From Candidatus Hodarchaeota archaeon (GTDB taxonomy: Archaea; Asgardarchaeota; Lokiarchaeia; Sigyniarchaeales; SOKP01), in the NCBI GenBank assembly GCA_048886685.1, contig JBHLKM010000005.1, positions 200,659 to 264,658 of the forward strand: DNA of 64,000 bases, in the 5' to 3' direction. Below are positions 39,419 to 49,635 of this stretch, piece after piece; position 1 is the stretch's first letter, and every line of letters begins with the position of its first letter. The notes beneath the pieces were generated by a model that was not told where the DNA came from, searched no databases, and was given only the letters and a program-made list of their open reading frames with translations. The translations under genes and the position numbers were made by a program.

Positions 39419-39724
39419 CTATTCTGTTGGTACCTCAGTTACATCTCCCCATACCTCGATATTCCATTCATATCCTTCCACATTATTATAAAGTGAAGTG
39501 ATTAAACCAGCATTTCTCATAGCCTGAGCGATGTTTTCAGGGGCGACTTTCGTGAAAGACATGCCCACAAATCCTCTTCTTGAACCTTTAACAGCACCAG
39601 CAACAGCCAATTCACCTATAGGTACTAAACCTTCTGGAGGTTCTTGTAGTCTTTTCTGGTAGATTTTTGCCACTTCTTCTTGTTTGTGGGAAGGATACCA
39701 CCATCTAGCCACTACATACGGCAT
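39419..39724 (-). CDS. Small alpha/beta protein, paralog of 34290-34619
   Basis: MPYVVARWWYPSHK...VEGYEWNIEVW. Confidence 0.8.
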   Translation of the reverse strand: MPYVVARWWYPSHKQEEVAKIYQKRLQEPPEGLVPIGELAVAGAVKGSRRGFVGMSFTKVAPENIAQAMRNAGLITSLYNNVEGYEWNIEVWGDVTEVPTE

Positions 39725-39810
39725 TTTTTATAACCTCTTTATTGAATCTCACATCAAATTAGATGTAAAGTAGTACGATGGTAGAGAAATATATAAATTT
39801 TGTTATATCA

Positions 39811-39870
39811 ATTAGTGGAATGGAGAAAGTCATCAAGATCATTGATCTTGATGGAAATCCAATAAATCAA
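39811..39870 (+). repeat. 60-bp direct repeat, copy 2 (isolated LRR tail)
   Basis: 57/60 identical to 36411-36470. Confidence 0.95.
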
Positions 39871-39941
39871 AAAAAACTACATTTAAATAGACATCAAACT
39901 TACCTTAATATGCACATTAAATAAATATTTGAGGTGAGAGA

Positions 39942-40235
39942 ATGGCGATTTTTGTAGTCCTTGGTAATTTTACTCAAGAAGGTATCACTAAAATTAAGGA
40001 ATCTCCACAACGTTTTGAAGCAGCAAAAAATTTGACTGAATCCCTTGGAGGAACTATTAAGGAGTTTTATTATACTATGGGACGTTATGACTTTGTTTCG
40101 ATAATTGAAGCTCCAAGTTCTGAAACTATGATGACTGGTCTCATGACTCTTGGAGCAGCAGGTGCGATAAGGACAGAAACCCTGCAGGCAATTCCGTTAG
40201 AAAAAGGGGCAGAAATAATAAAGAATTTACCCTAA
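39942..40235 (+). CDS. GYD domain protein
   Basis: FTQEGI...YYTMGRYD...RTETL; GAGGTG SD. Confidence 0.9.
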   Translation: MAIFVVLGNFTQEGITKIKESPQRFEAAKNLTESLGGTIKEFYYTMGRYDFVSIIEAPSSETMMTGLMTLGAAGAIRTETLQAIPLEKGAEIIKNLP

Positions 40236-40290
40236 AGAAAATTATTCTTAAATCTTTTTTTTTTAAAATAAGCATAAGTTCCAAATCCAA

Positions 40291-40962
40291 GTGATTAGCA
40301 TGTATTTAAATAAGTTTGATGATTGGCCATCGTCAACCACAACAAAAAGATTGATCTATCTTGGTTTCATTGTTCTTTGGATCAACTATCCAATAATCAT
40401 AGCCCTGTCTTTGATGTCACATTATCCCGCGACTTTTATGGAAAGTCAACTTTCGTTTAGTGGGGCAGTGATAAAGTCACATTTTCTTGAAATGAGTTCG
40501 GAACAAATAATGTATTATGTATTTTATCAAATTTCTGACGATGTCTACGATTTCTGTCATATATGTATGTTTTTTGGTTTATCATTATTTTTGGCCCGAA
40601 AATTCGGTGCTGATTCAAGGTGGAGAAAAATAGGATACTGGATGGCCATAGTTGGAATAATAGGTACGATTAGCGACCTTACAGAAAATAGTTTAATAAT
40701 TATGATGACCACGGATACGCAAGGATTTCCTGATGTATGGGCTGTCGCTCATAGCTGGTTAGCAACGGTTAAATTTCTCATGTGGGCAATTCAAGCGGTT
40801 TGGATTATTTGGACCGCCGTAAAACTTTATAGAAACAAACACCTCACGATAAAACCCACATTAGCGGCTATAGGTGTTGTCTTCTCCCAACATTGGACTT
40901 CTTTAATATTTGGCTTGCTTTTCCTCTTTCGTGTTGACGTGACAGCAATGTTAAATGGTTAG
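40291..40962 (+). CDS. Membrane protein
   Basis: Multiple TM segments, DLTEN motif. Confidence 0.75.
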   Translation: MISMYLNKFDDWPSSTTTKRLIYLGFIVLWINYPIIIALSLMSHYPATFMESQLSFSGAVIKSHFLEMSSEQIMYYVFYQISDDVYDFCHICMFFGLSLFLARKFGADSRWRKIGYWMAIVGIIGTISDLTENSLIIMMTTDTQGFPDVWAVAHSWLATVKFLMWAIQAVWIIWTAVKLYRNKHLTIKPTLAAIGVVFSQHWTSLIFGLLFLFRVDVTAMLNG

Positions 40963-41011
40963 TTTGGAAAAATATAAATTCAAAAATATTATTTTTTTTT
41001 TAAAAAAATGA

Positions 41012-41043
41012 AAAGGTAAATTCAGTGTCTGATTTCAATGAAA
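41012..41043 (+). repeat. Dispersed intergenic repeat AAAGGTAAATTCA..GTCTGATTTCAATGAAA, copy A
   Basis: 30/32 identical to 43183-43214; related to 49673-49699. Confidence 0.85.
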
Positions 41044-41147
41044 ATTTCTGTGAAAAGGCAAAAGAATATTAAATCGAAATTATAATACATAAGGCTTTTT
41101 AAGAAACCTTTCTTCCATATCTTTAAATCCGAAAATCAATGTAAGAG

Positions 41148-43109
41148 ATGTCTGATCCGAGAACCGAAGAATTAAAGCGTGCCCAACAACTTCTCGATGA
41201 GGATAGATATCAAGAGACTCTTGATGTCTTAACTAAGTTCGAGAATAGGGATGGGATTACTACAGAAGATAGAATAGAAAGTTTGCTTATTAAAGCAAAA
41301 CTTCATTTTCACCTGTGGCAGCATGAACAGACATTAACCATCCTTGAAGAAGCTTTTCAACTGAGCAAAAATCAAGAAAATTCACTTCAAACCTTTGACA
41401 TTTTATTTCTTAAAGGATTGAGTATGATTCTTCAAGAAGAAGATATTGATGAAATACATCTAATATTGAATCAATTAGAAAATGTTTGCTTGACTTTTAA
41501 CGATGTTTCCTCTACTGAACAAATGAAGAGAAAAGCGAATCTAAACCGTATTAAAGGAATTGTGAGTTTTAGAATTGAATGTGATTATAAGAACGCTCTC
41601 GATTTTCATAATAGATGTTTAGCCATCTATAAGAAACTTGACAACAAAGCTGATATTGCAGAAACAGTTTATATTATTGCTTGGGTTTATTTTAATAAAG
41701 GAGATTTGAAAGAATCCTTAAAGTATGCTAAACAGAGCCTAACTTTTAAAGAAATTCGAAAAAGAGATAAATGTAAGGTTTTTTTTACTTTAAGTGCTAT
41801 TTCATATGCAAGAGGAGAATTAGTTCAAGCTCAAGAGTACAATGAACAATTAAAAAAGATTTCTAATGAAATAAACAACAAATATTTGAGTTTAACGGCA
41901 ATTTTTAATTCTGGGTTTATTTCTCGTCTGAAAGGTGATTTAGATCAAGCCATAGAGTATTTTAAGAAAAATCTAATAATTTCTGATGAATCTGGATTAC
42001 TGCTAAATTTACCAGCTGGGTATTTTAACATTATTAGGATATACATAGATATGGGCTCTTACGAGGAAGCCAAAAAATATTTAATAAATTTCAGGCAATT
42101 TGTTGATCAAGCAAATAATAGGCAAGCAGAGAGAATGTATCTACTTACAAACGGTTTAGTGCTGAAGGCTAGTCCTAATCTTCGCGATCGCTTTAAAGCT
42201 GAAATGATTCTTAAAGACTTCATAGAAGCTAAAAGTCCAGAGGTTCAATACATTTTTACAAATGAGGTTCATTACATTGCTACAGGAATAGCTCACTTGT
42301 GCGATTTACTCTTAATGGAATTACGTAGAACTAATGATTTGAATATTTTAGATGAATTAAATCCACTTATTACGCGATTTAGTAGGATTGCTGAGGATCA
42401 AGAATCATTTTGGCGTCTAGCTCATGCGAAGATTTTACAAGCTAAATTATCATTAATTCAAATGAATATGGGAGAAGCACGTAAATTATTAACAGAAGCT
42501 CAGATTATCGCAGAAGAACATGATCTTGGTATATTGGCTCAGAAAATATCAAGTGAACACGATACTTTACTTAATCAATTATCAAAATGGGAAAAATTAA
42601 AAGAAGACAACGCACCTGTATCAGAACGAATAAATTTATCTTCCTTTGATGATGTTATTGAGCGTTTATTAGAAAAGCGTACTGTGGAACCACAAAACGT
42701 CATAGATGAGGATCCCGTAATCCTATTAATAATTGCTGAAGGCGGTGTTCTTTTATTTTCATATCCTTTTACTGAGGAGTGGGAACGTGACAATGAAATT
42801 TTTGGGAGTTTTCTAAGCGCGATTAGTTCATTTAGTAAAGATTTTCTTTCACAGGGTCTTGATCGGGTTAAATTCAGTCAATATACTGTAATCATGGAAC
42901 CAATAACCAATTTTTCTGTCTATTATGTATTTAAAGGGCAATCATATTTAGCCAAACAAAAATTATTACAATTTACTACCTTAATCCGAGATGAGGTTTC
43001 TATAGTGGATAGTCTAAACAAATTTTATAAAGCAAGTCAAGTTATAGAGCTAAGAGATTTCCCATTTTTAGAAGCATTTGTAAAAAGATCTTTTATTACT
43101 AAGAAGTAA
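41148..43109 (+). CDS. TPR protein with a C-terminal longin-like domain
   Basis: TPR helices; ILLIIAEGGVLLFSY...FGSFLSAISSFS...LDRVKF. Confidence 0.8.
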   Translation: MSDPRTEELKRAQQLLDEDRYQETLDVLTKFENRDGITTEDRIESLLIKAKLHFHLWQHEQTLTILEEAFQLSKNQENSLQTFDILFLKGLSMILQEEDIDEIHLILNQLENVCLTFNDVSSTEQMKRKANLNRIKGIVSFRIECDYKNALDFHNRCLAIYKKLDNKADIAETVYIIAWVYFNKGDLKESLKYAKQSLTFKEIRKRDKCKVFFTLSAISYARGELVQAQEYNEQLKKISNEINNKYLSLTAIFNSGFISRLKGDLDQAIEYFKKNLIISDESGLLLNLPAGYFNIIRIYIDMGSYEEAKKYLINFRQFVDQANNRQAERMYLLTNGLVLKASPNLRDRFKAEMILKDFIEAKSPEVQYIFTNEVHYIATGIAHLCDLLLMELRRTNDLNILDELNPLITRFSRIAEDQESFWRLAHAKILQAKLSLIQMNMGEARKLLTEAQIIAEEHDLGILAQKISSEHDTLLNQLSKWEKLKEDNAPVSERINLSSFDDVIERLLEKRTVEPQNVIDEDPVILLIIAEGGVLLFSYPFTEEWERDNEIFGSFLSAISSFSKDFLSQGLDRVKFSQYTVIMEPITNFSVYYVFKGQSYLAKQKLLQFTTLIRDEVSIVDSLNKFYKASQVIELRDFPFLEAFVKRSFITKK

Positions 43110-43145
43110 ATTCAATTCTTAAGGAAACACTAAGGTCGAGCCTTC

Positions 43146-43214
43146 TTAAATTTTGTCCCAATTTTCTGTGAATTTAGAATAGAAAGGTAAATTCAACGTC
43201 TGATTTCAATGAAA
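43146..43214 (+). repeat. Dispersed intergenic repeat, copy B
   Basis: Matches copy A; aligns without gaps to 49636-49699. Confidence 0.85.
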
Positions 43215-43356
43215 TTTTAGTGGAAAAACTAAGTCTAATAATTAATTATGTTCATTCGTTTCATTTTGCAGTTATGAAAGATTTGCGAGATCAGAAACTT
43301 TTATATGTAATTCACGTATACAATTGCGTATAATAGAGTAAGATAGATAAGGTAAT

Positions 43357-43587
43357 GTGGAAAACCAAACAATTCTACTTAATATAGCAGAACATGATGA
43401 CCTACATACTGAGGGTGGGACTATCCTATATATAAGTAGGACGAATCCATTTAAGGGAGTAAGTGCAAAAGAGGAAAAAGCTAAAGAATTAACAAAAAAA
43501 TTCGAGGAATTAGGTATTGATGCTCTAATTGCTATCGGTGGAGTTTTAGAATAATTTCTATTTTAAACTGAACACGATACTCTTGGA
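43357..43587 (+). pseudogene. Internal fragment of 6-phosphofructokinase
   Basis: [14 protein letters not shown]...[10 protein letters not shown] followed by a stop; displaced DTLG codons at 43576-43587. Confidence 0.75.
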
Positions 43588-43764
43588 CTTTTTTTGATAT
43601 ACATAAACGTTAAATATAGATGTCTTGTCATTTACTTAGAAAACTCTATGATTCGGAATATGAAGAATAATTTTATTAATATTGTTTTGAATATATATTA
43701 CTATTAAAAATGTAAGGAAGATTTAAAAGAAACATACTAATTCAAATTAGGTGTACTGAAAGCG

Positions 43765-44016
43765 ATGGATTTTGATGATATTAGAATTGAGAAGTTGAAA
43801 CAGAAAATTATGAGATTCAATGGACTGATGGAGGAGCTCTCTCAAGAGCTTACTGCTATGTTTCATGAAGGGAAAAAAGAGGAGTTCCATGATATCATTA
43901 TCACTATGTTGCGATCGTTGGATAAGGCTCAAGAAACGGTTAAAACAGCATATGAGTTGGTGTTTGGGAAAGATATCACAGAAAAGTCTTTTAATGGAAG
44001 TGGAAGAGGACCATAA
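43765..44016 (+). CDS. Small helical hypothetical protein
   Basis: 83-aa ORF, amphipathic helices, AGGTG SD. Confidence 0.6.
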   Translation: MDFDDIRIEKLKQKIMRFNGLMEELSQELTAMFHEGKKEEFHDIIITMLRSLDKAQETVKTAYELVFGKDITEKSFNGSGRGP

Positions 44017-44290
44017 CATTCGGTATTCATAAAGTAATTTGTGAAAAATAAAAAGAGTCTAAAGAACTGATGAAAAATCGAGAAAAGACATACTTTATCG
44101 ATTGTGGAGGGAAATTTCAGATGTATCAGATAAAGTACATTAAAAAAAGAACTAAGCTTTCTTTTTTCCAAATAATTTTTTTTTTATTAATATTATTTTA
44201 ATTTAATCCTTAGGATATGACACGAGTTCATTCCCTAAGAGAATTTTAAGCTATTTATCATTCCCCAAATTTCGATTTTAAGGTTTTAAG

Positions 44291-45100
44291 CTATTCATTA
44301 TTCACAAAATTCAGAAATGCTTTCACAATCATCTTAAATTTTGGATCTGGTAAAACATTGAAATGATCCTTTCCTTGAATCTGAAAATGACAAGCATCTA
44401 GAACTAATTGAGCTACTAGAGTTTTTCCCGATAGAGTCTCACCAGAAGCTATAACAGTCATTACTGGGACTTTTATTTCTTTAAGCGATTCTCTTATTTG
44501 GGTGGGTGATTTCATAGTTTCAATTCGTTCTTTTAAAAAGCTAGCTGTCACAGCAGCTAATGCTGTTAAGTCATTTCCTTTTAATTCTGCACGTCGACGG
44601 AATGCACGTCCTATAGGGTCTTTAACATCTTTAATACTATCTGCCTTAAATGCTTCAATTCTATGTTTCATGTTTTCAATAGCGTTAGATCTTTCTTTAT
44701 CATCTTGCATAAAGTTTAAAAAAACTCTCCCAAGAATAAACCCTCCAAGAATTGCTGAAATAAAAAGACTAGGATTGCTTAATAATAATCTAAATGTAAT
44801 ATACGCTCCCATAGAATAGCCTAAAAAATTGGCTTTATCGATAGATAGATGTTCCATAAGGTTCACAACATCATCAGTCATTTTTTGGCCATAATACGAC
44901 TCATCATGTGGTTTATCACTTTTTCCATGACCACGACAATCCAAAAGAATTAATTGATAGCCTTTTTTTAAAGTTGTTACCCAATTTGTTTCTTTCCAAC
45001 GCTCTAGATTTGCCGGAAATCCATGAATCATTACCACTGGCGGGCCTTCCCCTTCAATTTCATAATATATTTTAACACCCTCATTATCAAAATATGGCAT
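44291..45100 (-). CDS. Alpha/beta hydrolase
   Basis: HGFP, DCRGHGKS, GYSMG. Confidence 0.92.
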   Translation of the reverse strand: MPYFDNEGVKIYYEIEGEGPPVVMIHGFPANLERWKETNWVTTLKKGYQLILLDCRGHGKSDKPHDESYYGQKMTDDVVNLMEHLSIDKANFLGYSMGAYITFRLLLSNPSLFISAILGGFILGRVFLNFMQDDKERSNAIENMKHRIEAFKADSIKDVKDPIGRAFRRRAELKGNDLTALAAVTASFLKERIETMKSPTQIRESLKEIKVPVMTVIASGETLSGKTLVAQLVLDACHFQIQGKDHFNVLPDPKFKMIVKAFLNFVNNE

Positions 45101-45209
45101 AATGGTTCTCCCTCTTTATATCAATTCATAAGTAAGATATATTTATTTAATTAGTTTATTGTATTTATTTCAATCAAAAAATATAGTATTTTCTTTCTAT
45201 CCTTAGAAA

Positions 45210-45872
45210 ATGGTCGATCCTTTTACCTTAACTCAGACTGTTGAGAGTCAAGCGTGTAAAAACAATTCAAAAAAATACTATCGGTTCCGCAAGACTCAAT
45301 TTTATGGTGGATGTGCCACTGCTGATTGTGTAGGCTGTAATCTTCGATGTGTTTATTGTTGGGCTCAGAAAAAAGTATGGCACCATCAGAAATTTGGCAG
45401 ATATTATTCCCCTGAGAGTGTTGCTGAAAAACTTCTTAAAATGAACCAACCATTGGTACGAGTAAGCGGTGGAGAACCAACAATAGGAAAAAACCATTTA
45501 CTTAGACTCATAAGCTATATTCCAGAAAATGTGCTATTCCTCCTTGAGACTAATGGCATATTATTAGACGAGCAGTATGTAAAGGATTTAAGCACACTCA
45601 AAAATCTGTACGTGAGAGTTTCATTGAAAGGAGTCGATGAGCAGACGTTTGAGCAAAATACGGGAGCTGACGGAAGATTCTTCAATAATCAATTAAATGC
45701 ATTAGAGTTGCTTAAAAAATATGGCATTCAGCACAGAGCTGCAATCCTTTTTAACATATATACTGAAGATCAGGTAAAAAGTCTAAAAATTCCTGATTTA
45801 GAATACGAACCCTTAATTAAATATGATTTTATTATCAAAAATTTAAGAAAGAAGGGAATTGAATTTTTTTAA
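45210..45872 (+). CDS. Radical SAM protein
   Basis: CNLRCVYC, SGGEP, LETNG. Confidence 0.92.
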   Translation: MVDPFTLTQTVESQACKNNSKKYYRFRKTQFYGGCATADCVGCNLRCVYCWAQKKVWHHQKFGRYYSPESVAEKLLKMNQPLVRVSGGEPTIGKNHLLRLISYIPENVLFLLETNGILLDEQYVKDLSTLKNLYVRVSLKGVDEQTFEQNTGADGRFFNNQLNALELLKKYGIQHRAAILFNIYTEDQVKSLKIPDLEYEPLIKYDFIIKNLRKKGIEFF

Positions 45873-45975
45873 ATATAGCCGCGCAGGAATAAAATCTTTT
45901 TTTTAAACTATTCTTAGAATCTAAATTTTAGCTTTCTACCATTCAAAAAGTCATCCTTTGGATACTTATTAATAT

Positions 45976-46716
45976 TTAAGAAATTTTATTTTTGATTTCT
46001 TCTATATGTTCTTTGATTTCAGGATCATTAGGATCTAATTCAAGGGCTCTTTGATATGCTTCTTTTGCCTTTTCATATTCCTTGTTGTATTCATACGCAA
46101 TACCTAAATCATCCCATATGAGAGGATCTTCTGATTCAATTTCAAGTGCTCTTTTATATAATTGGATTGCTTTTCCGTATTCTAGTTTGCACATATAAGC
46201 TAATCCTAAGTTAGTTAGTATATTACAATCTTCAGGTTCGTATTCTAAAGCTTTAGTATAAAATGTAATAGCTTTATCATAATCATTTATATCATAATTC
46301 AATTCTCCCAAACCAAATAAATCATTGAGGCTCAATTCATCAGCTACATATATTCTCCCTATTTGGTAAATACGATGTTCAAATTTTCCCTCCTTGGAAT
46401 TAGTGAAAAATGATACAATATCTATTTTTGTTATCGTATCTCGGTATCTATATTCGTTAATTTGAGCATACCTCTCTCCTTCTTTCGGTTTTCTGAAAAT
46501 GGGGAGTATATCTACATAGTGGAATATTATATCTTCTCTAGAACCTTCTTTCACGTTTCTAAAATTAACACTATGATCGACTAACTCATAATCTAAAAAA
46601 TGAGGAATCAGATTTATGTTGATTAAAATTTCCCCAATTTGATTAACGTTAAAATCAGGTGTAGGCACTCCTTCAATATATTCTTTTTTATATACCAATA
46701 ACTTGGTTGGTGGCAT
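45976..46716 (-). CDS. Unknown N-terminal domain plus about 3 TPRs
   Basis: YDKAITFYTKALEYEPED...YEKAKEAYQRALELDPND. Confidence 0.85.
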   Translation of the reverse strand: MPPTKLLVYKKEYIEGVPTPDFNVNQIGEILININLIPHFLDYELVDHSVNFRNVKEGSREDIIFHYVDILPIFRKPKEGERYAQINEYRYRDTITKIDIVSFFTNSKEGKFEHRIYQIGRIYVADELSLNDLFGLGELNYDINDYDKAITFYTKALEYEPEDCNILTNLGLAYMCKLEYGKAIQLYKRALEIESEDPLIWDDLGIAYEYNKEYEKAKEAYQRALELDPNDPEIKEHIEEIKNKIS

Positions 46717-46761
46717 AATTCATTTTCCGATTAAAATTGATTTCTATTCTTCTATTTTAAG

Positions 46762-47712
46762 TTATAATTCATCAAATAATTCTTCCCATTTACCATCTTG
46801 GGCATAACTACCAGCTTCTCTTAATACTTCAAGAAAATAATCCAATTTCTTACTCGAATACTCATCTAATATAGAATATTGGATATATACCCGATCATGT
46901 AGAATTTTCTTTTTAGCTATGATATTAATTGCTCGACTAAAAAAAGTCCTTACAGCTCGATCCCAAGTATGAATTTCAATCTTATCAAAAATCGACTCAA
47001 CTAAGCGTTCAATTAAATATCCTTTTAATGATTTCCCCCACGTAAAATTCCAGTATTTTATCAGCAAAATCAATTTTATTATCTTTCCATCTTGCATTCT
47101 ATTTAATTTAGAGAGTGCTTGTTCCTCTAAATGAGGATTAACTTTTTTGGTTCCTCCTATTCCATTAGGAATTACAAGGTATCCATTAGGAAATTCAATT
47201 GCAGGAATACAATCAAAAAGAATTGAAACACCTTGATAATCCATTCTAATAGGAATAGCATGTCCATAGGGTGGTTCTTTTAAAATTTTCATATTCATCT
47301 TATGATAAAATTGATATGTTTTAAGATGAGAATAAATTAATTCGAATAGTAAACTACCATTCAAATTATTTTGATTATTGGGATTATTATAAGGAGTAAT
47401 ATTTTTATTAAACACGAAATATATATCAATGTCAAATCTACTTTTAATGAAAATCCCCCTATCAAAAGATCCCCCGTACCAAAAGCGTTCCAAAGTGTAT
47501 TTATAGCTATCTGTTGATAAATAAATATTAGACCAGTAGGGTTTCTGATATTGAGAAACTCTTTTTAGCTCATTGTAGAAATCATTAGCCTTTCTTCGAA
47601 GAACGGTTTTGTGATTCTCCTTAATAGTTAAAGAATTGATTAATTGTTCCAATTTATTATGAATTTTTTTTACTTTCAAATCAGATTTTCTCGCGAATAG
47701 TCTTTCGATCAA
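46762..47712 (-). CDS. cGAS/DncV-like (SMODS/CD-NTase) nucleotidyltransferase
   Basis: GGSFDRG-x6-FDIDI, FDCIPA (third Asp), KVNP, LILLIKYWN, GYLIE. Confidence 0.8.
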   Translation of the reverse strand: MIERLFARKSDLKVKKIHNKLEQLINSLTIKENHKTVLRRKANDFYNELKRVSQYQKPYWSNIYLSTDSYKYTLERFWYGGSFDRGIFIKSRFDIDIYFVFNKNITPYNNPNNQNNLNGSLLFELIYSHLKTYQFYHKMNMKILKEPPYGHAIPIRMDYQGVSILFDCIPAIEFPNGYLVIPNGIGGTKKVNPHLEEQALSKLNRMQDGKIIKLILLIKYWNFTWGKSLKGYLIERLVESIFDKIEIHTWDRAVRTFFSRAINIIAKKKILHDRVYIQYSILDEYSSKKLDYFLEVLREAGSYAQDGKWEELFDEL

Positions 47713-47718
47713 TCATCC

Positions 47719-48549
47719 TTATAAATATGTCGCTTCCGAGGCATAGAGATGAAATTGTGCGACAGTGACAAAACCAAGCCGTTTGTATAGATTCTCAGCC
47801 AAAGGTGATGAATGAAGAACTACAAGTTTCTGACCAGCTTGTCTTGCAGCCTTCATAGTTTCAACCATCAAGATGCTTGCTAACGCTTGCCCGCGTTCTT
47901 CTGGTTTTGTCACTACACCATAGATGCCGACAGACCCGTCTCCATAATATGAACCAACCTTCGAAATTGGAACGCCATCGCGCCATGCCACCCACATGTG
48001 AGCCTTTGCGTCTTTTTTACCAATTTTGAAACTCTCAAAAATTATTTGTAGTTGTTGACGATAATCTGAAGGTACACCCCATCGCCATGCCGTGAGCTCC
48101 TGGAATTTATTGACATCACTTTCTTCAATCGCCTCGTGTACTTCAACACCATCAGGCAGCGAAGGGACTTGTGGTAAATTTGCTAGGTCTCGGGCCATAC
48201 AAGGAATTATTTCGATATGTTGCAGACCGCGGCTCTGTAATCGATTACCGATGTCGAGAGGTAATGACGAAGGTTGCACAACCCATAAAAAAGAGACCTT
48301 TCGACGAGTAAAGTGACTGATTATCTCATCTATTTTTTGATTGATATTCCTTTCCACTTGAAACTTCAGGATCACATTGTAGGGAATAATTGGAATGGGT
48401 GTCTCAAACCACAGCGCATCTCCCTCATCGTGAAGTACACAACCTGGTGCGAGTCCGAAGTTTAACCAAGTCTCCCAGAAGTTGAATTCAATTTCATGTA
48501 TTAAAGTTTCTTTATTGAAGCCTGAAACACTACTCAGTTCATTCATCAT
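47719..48549 (-). CDS. GNAT acetyltransferase, GC-richer than its flanks
   Basis: GIYGVVTKPEERGQALA...LYKRLGF. Confidence 0.9.
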   Translation of the reverse strand: MMNELSSVSGFNKETLIHEIEFNFWETWLNFGLAPGCVLHDEGDALWFETPIPIIPYNVILKFQVERNINQKIDEIISHFTRRKVSFLWVVQPSSLPLDIGNRLQSRGLQHIEIIPCMARDLANLPQVPSLPDGVEVHEAIEESDVNKFQELTAWRWGVPSDYRQQLQIIFESFKIGKKDAKAHMWVAWRDGVPISKVGSYYGDGSVGIYGVVTKPEERGQALASILMVETMKAARQAGQKLVVLHSSPLAENLYKRLGFVTVAQFHLYASEATYL

Positions 48550-48562
48550 CTATCCAATCTCC

Positions 48563-48599
48563 GATAACAACTCTTATTACTGCTCAACGAGCGGTTACC
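48563..48599. other. Short imperfect hairpin with attC-like layout
   Basis: GATAAC-aa-CTCTT...AA-c-GAG-cg-GTTACC. Confidence 0.35.
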
Positions 48600-48898
48600 T
48601 TTCAAGTATCTTTGTATAATAGTATGCAATTTTTTTATTTATTTTTAATTAATAGCTTTTCAAAGGCAACTTAAAAGGGAATAAATATTTAAAGAATTTG
48701 TATGATTTTGGGGTATTAGGAATAACAGAAAAATACAGCACCTCAATAGAGCAAAGATAAGAATACGAAAACATAATGAAAAATTTAAAAATATTGGCAA
48801 ATTAGAATAATAATCCAATTTTTATTATGTCTATCTAAATTGAAAGATGTTATCTTAGAAATGATAATTCAAAATTGTGCAGATGAGGTATAGGAACC

Positions 48899-49573
48899 TT
48901 GAGTAAACCAAAAAAAAAGGGCGGTCCTTTAAGGATACCAACAGCAGAAGAAGTGACTCCTAAATTAACTATAATCGATCTTATTGAACTGTCACTTCCA
49001 CTGATAAATATAGTTCTAGCTATTATCTTTTTCTTATTAATCGATGATTTTATTATCGACTTACTTCTGTTTTTCATGCTGATGCTTACCATTGCGTTTT
49101 TTTTAAGTATGTTTGTTGAATTATGGCAGCTGTCCCAAACTACCCACACAGAAGATTCCCTCTTAATTTATAATTCTACTAATGTTTCTCCTTATGTTCT
49201 TTACGCTGGACAATTCTTCTACGGTTATTTCTTTCTTTCTTTTATATTTTTAGGCTATATTGAAGCAGTAAGCGTGTTAAGCATTTTTATTTGGGTTTAT
49301 TTTAGCTTCTCCACTCTTTTTCTCGTCTTAAGTATATGGGCAGTAGTATCATATGTTAATGAAGCCGGAAGCAAAAAAGAAGAATTAAAAAAAACTATAA
49401 AGGAGGATTTAAATAAACACGAAAAGACAGAAAATTATGCAGCTCAAAGCTATTATCTTCAACTGCTCATTAAAGTAAAAGAGACTCCATTAATCAAGGC
49501 TGGATTCTTATCTAAATTAATTACTTTTATTACGATTCTCCTTACGATCGTTCCATTCGTTATACCAGCTTAA
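48899..49573 (+). CDS. Membrane protein (4 TM, charged helix, C-terminal TM)
   Basis: Hydropathy pattern. Confidence 0.75.
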   Translation: MSKPKKKGGPLRIPTAEEVTPKLTIIDLIELSLPLINIVLAIIFFLLIDDFIIDLLLFFMLMLTIAFFLSMFVELWQLSQTTHTEDSLLIYNSTNVSPYVLYAGQFFYGYFFLSFIFLGYIEAVSVLSIFIWVYFSFSTLFLVLSIWAVVSYVNEAGSKKEELKKTIKEDLNKHEKTENYAAQSYYLQLLIKVKETPLIKAGFLSKLITFITILLTIVPFVIPA

Positions 49574-49635
49574 TATTTAAATGTATAAAGGTTCTTGTTC
49601 TATAAAATAAGTGGAAAGAAGGAACCTCACTTTTT

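Noticed and set aside
45210-45872. Radical SAM protein as a viperin next to the CD-NTase
   Set aside because: It is short (220 aa), has an activase-like GCNLRCVYC/ETNG pattern and lacks viperin-type motifs; it is also on the opposite strand.
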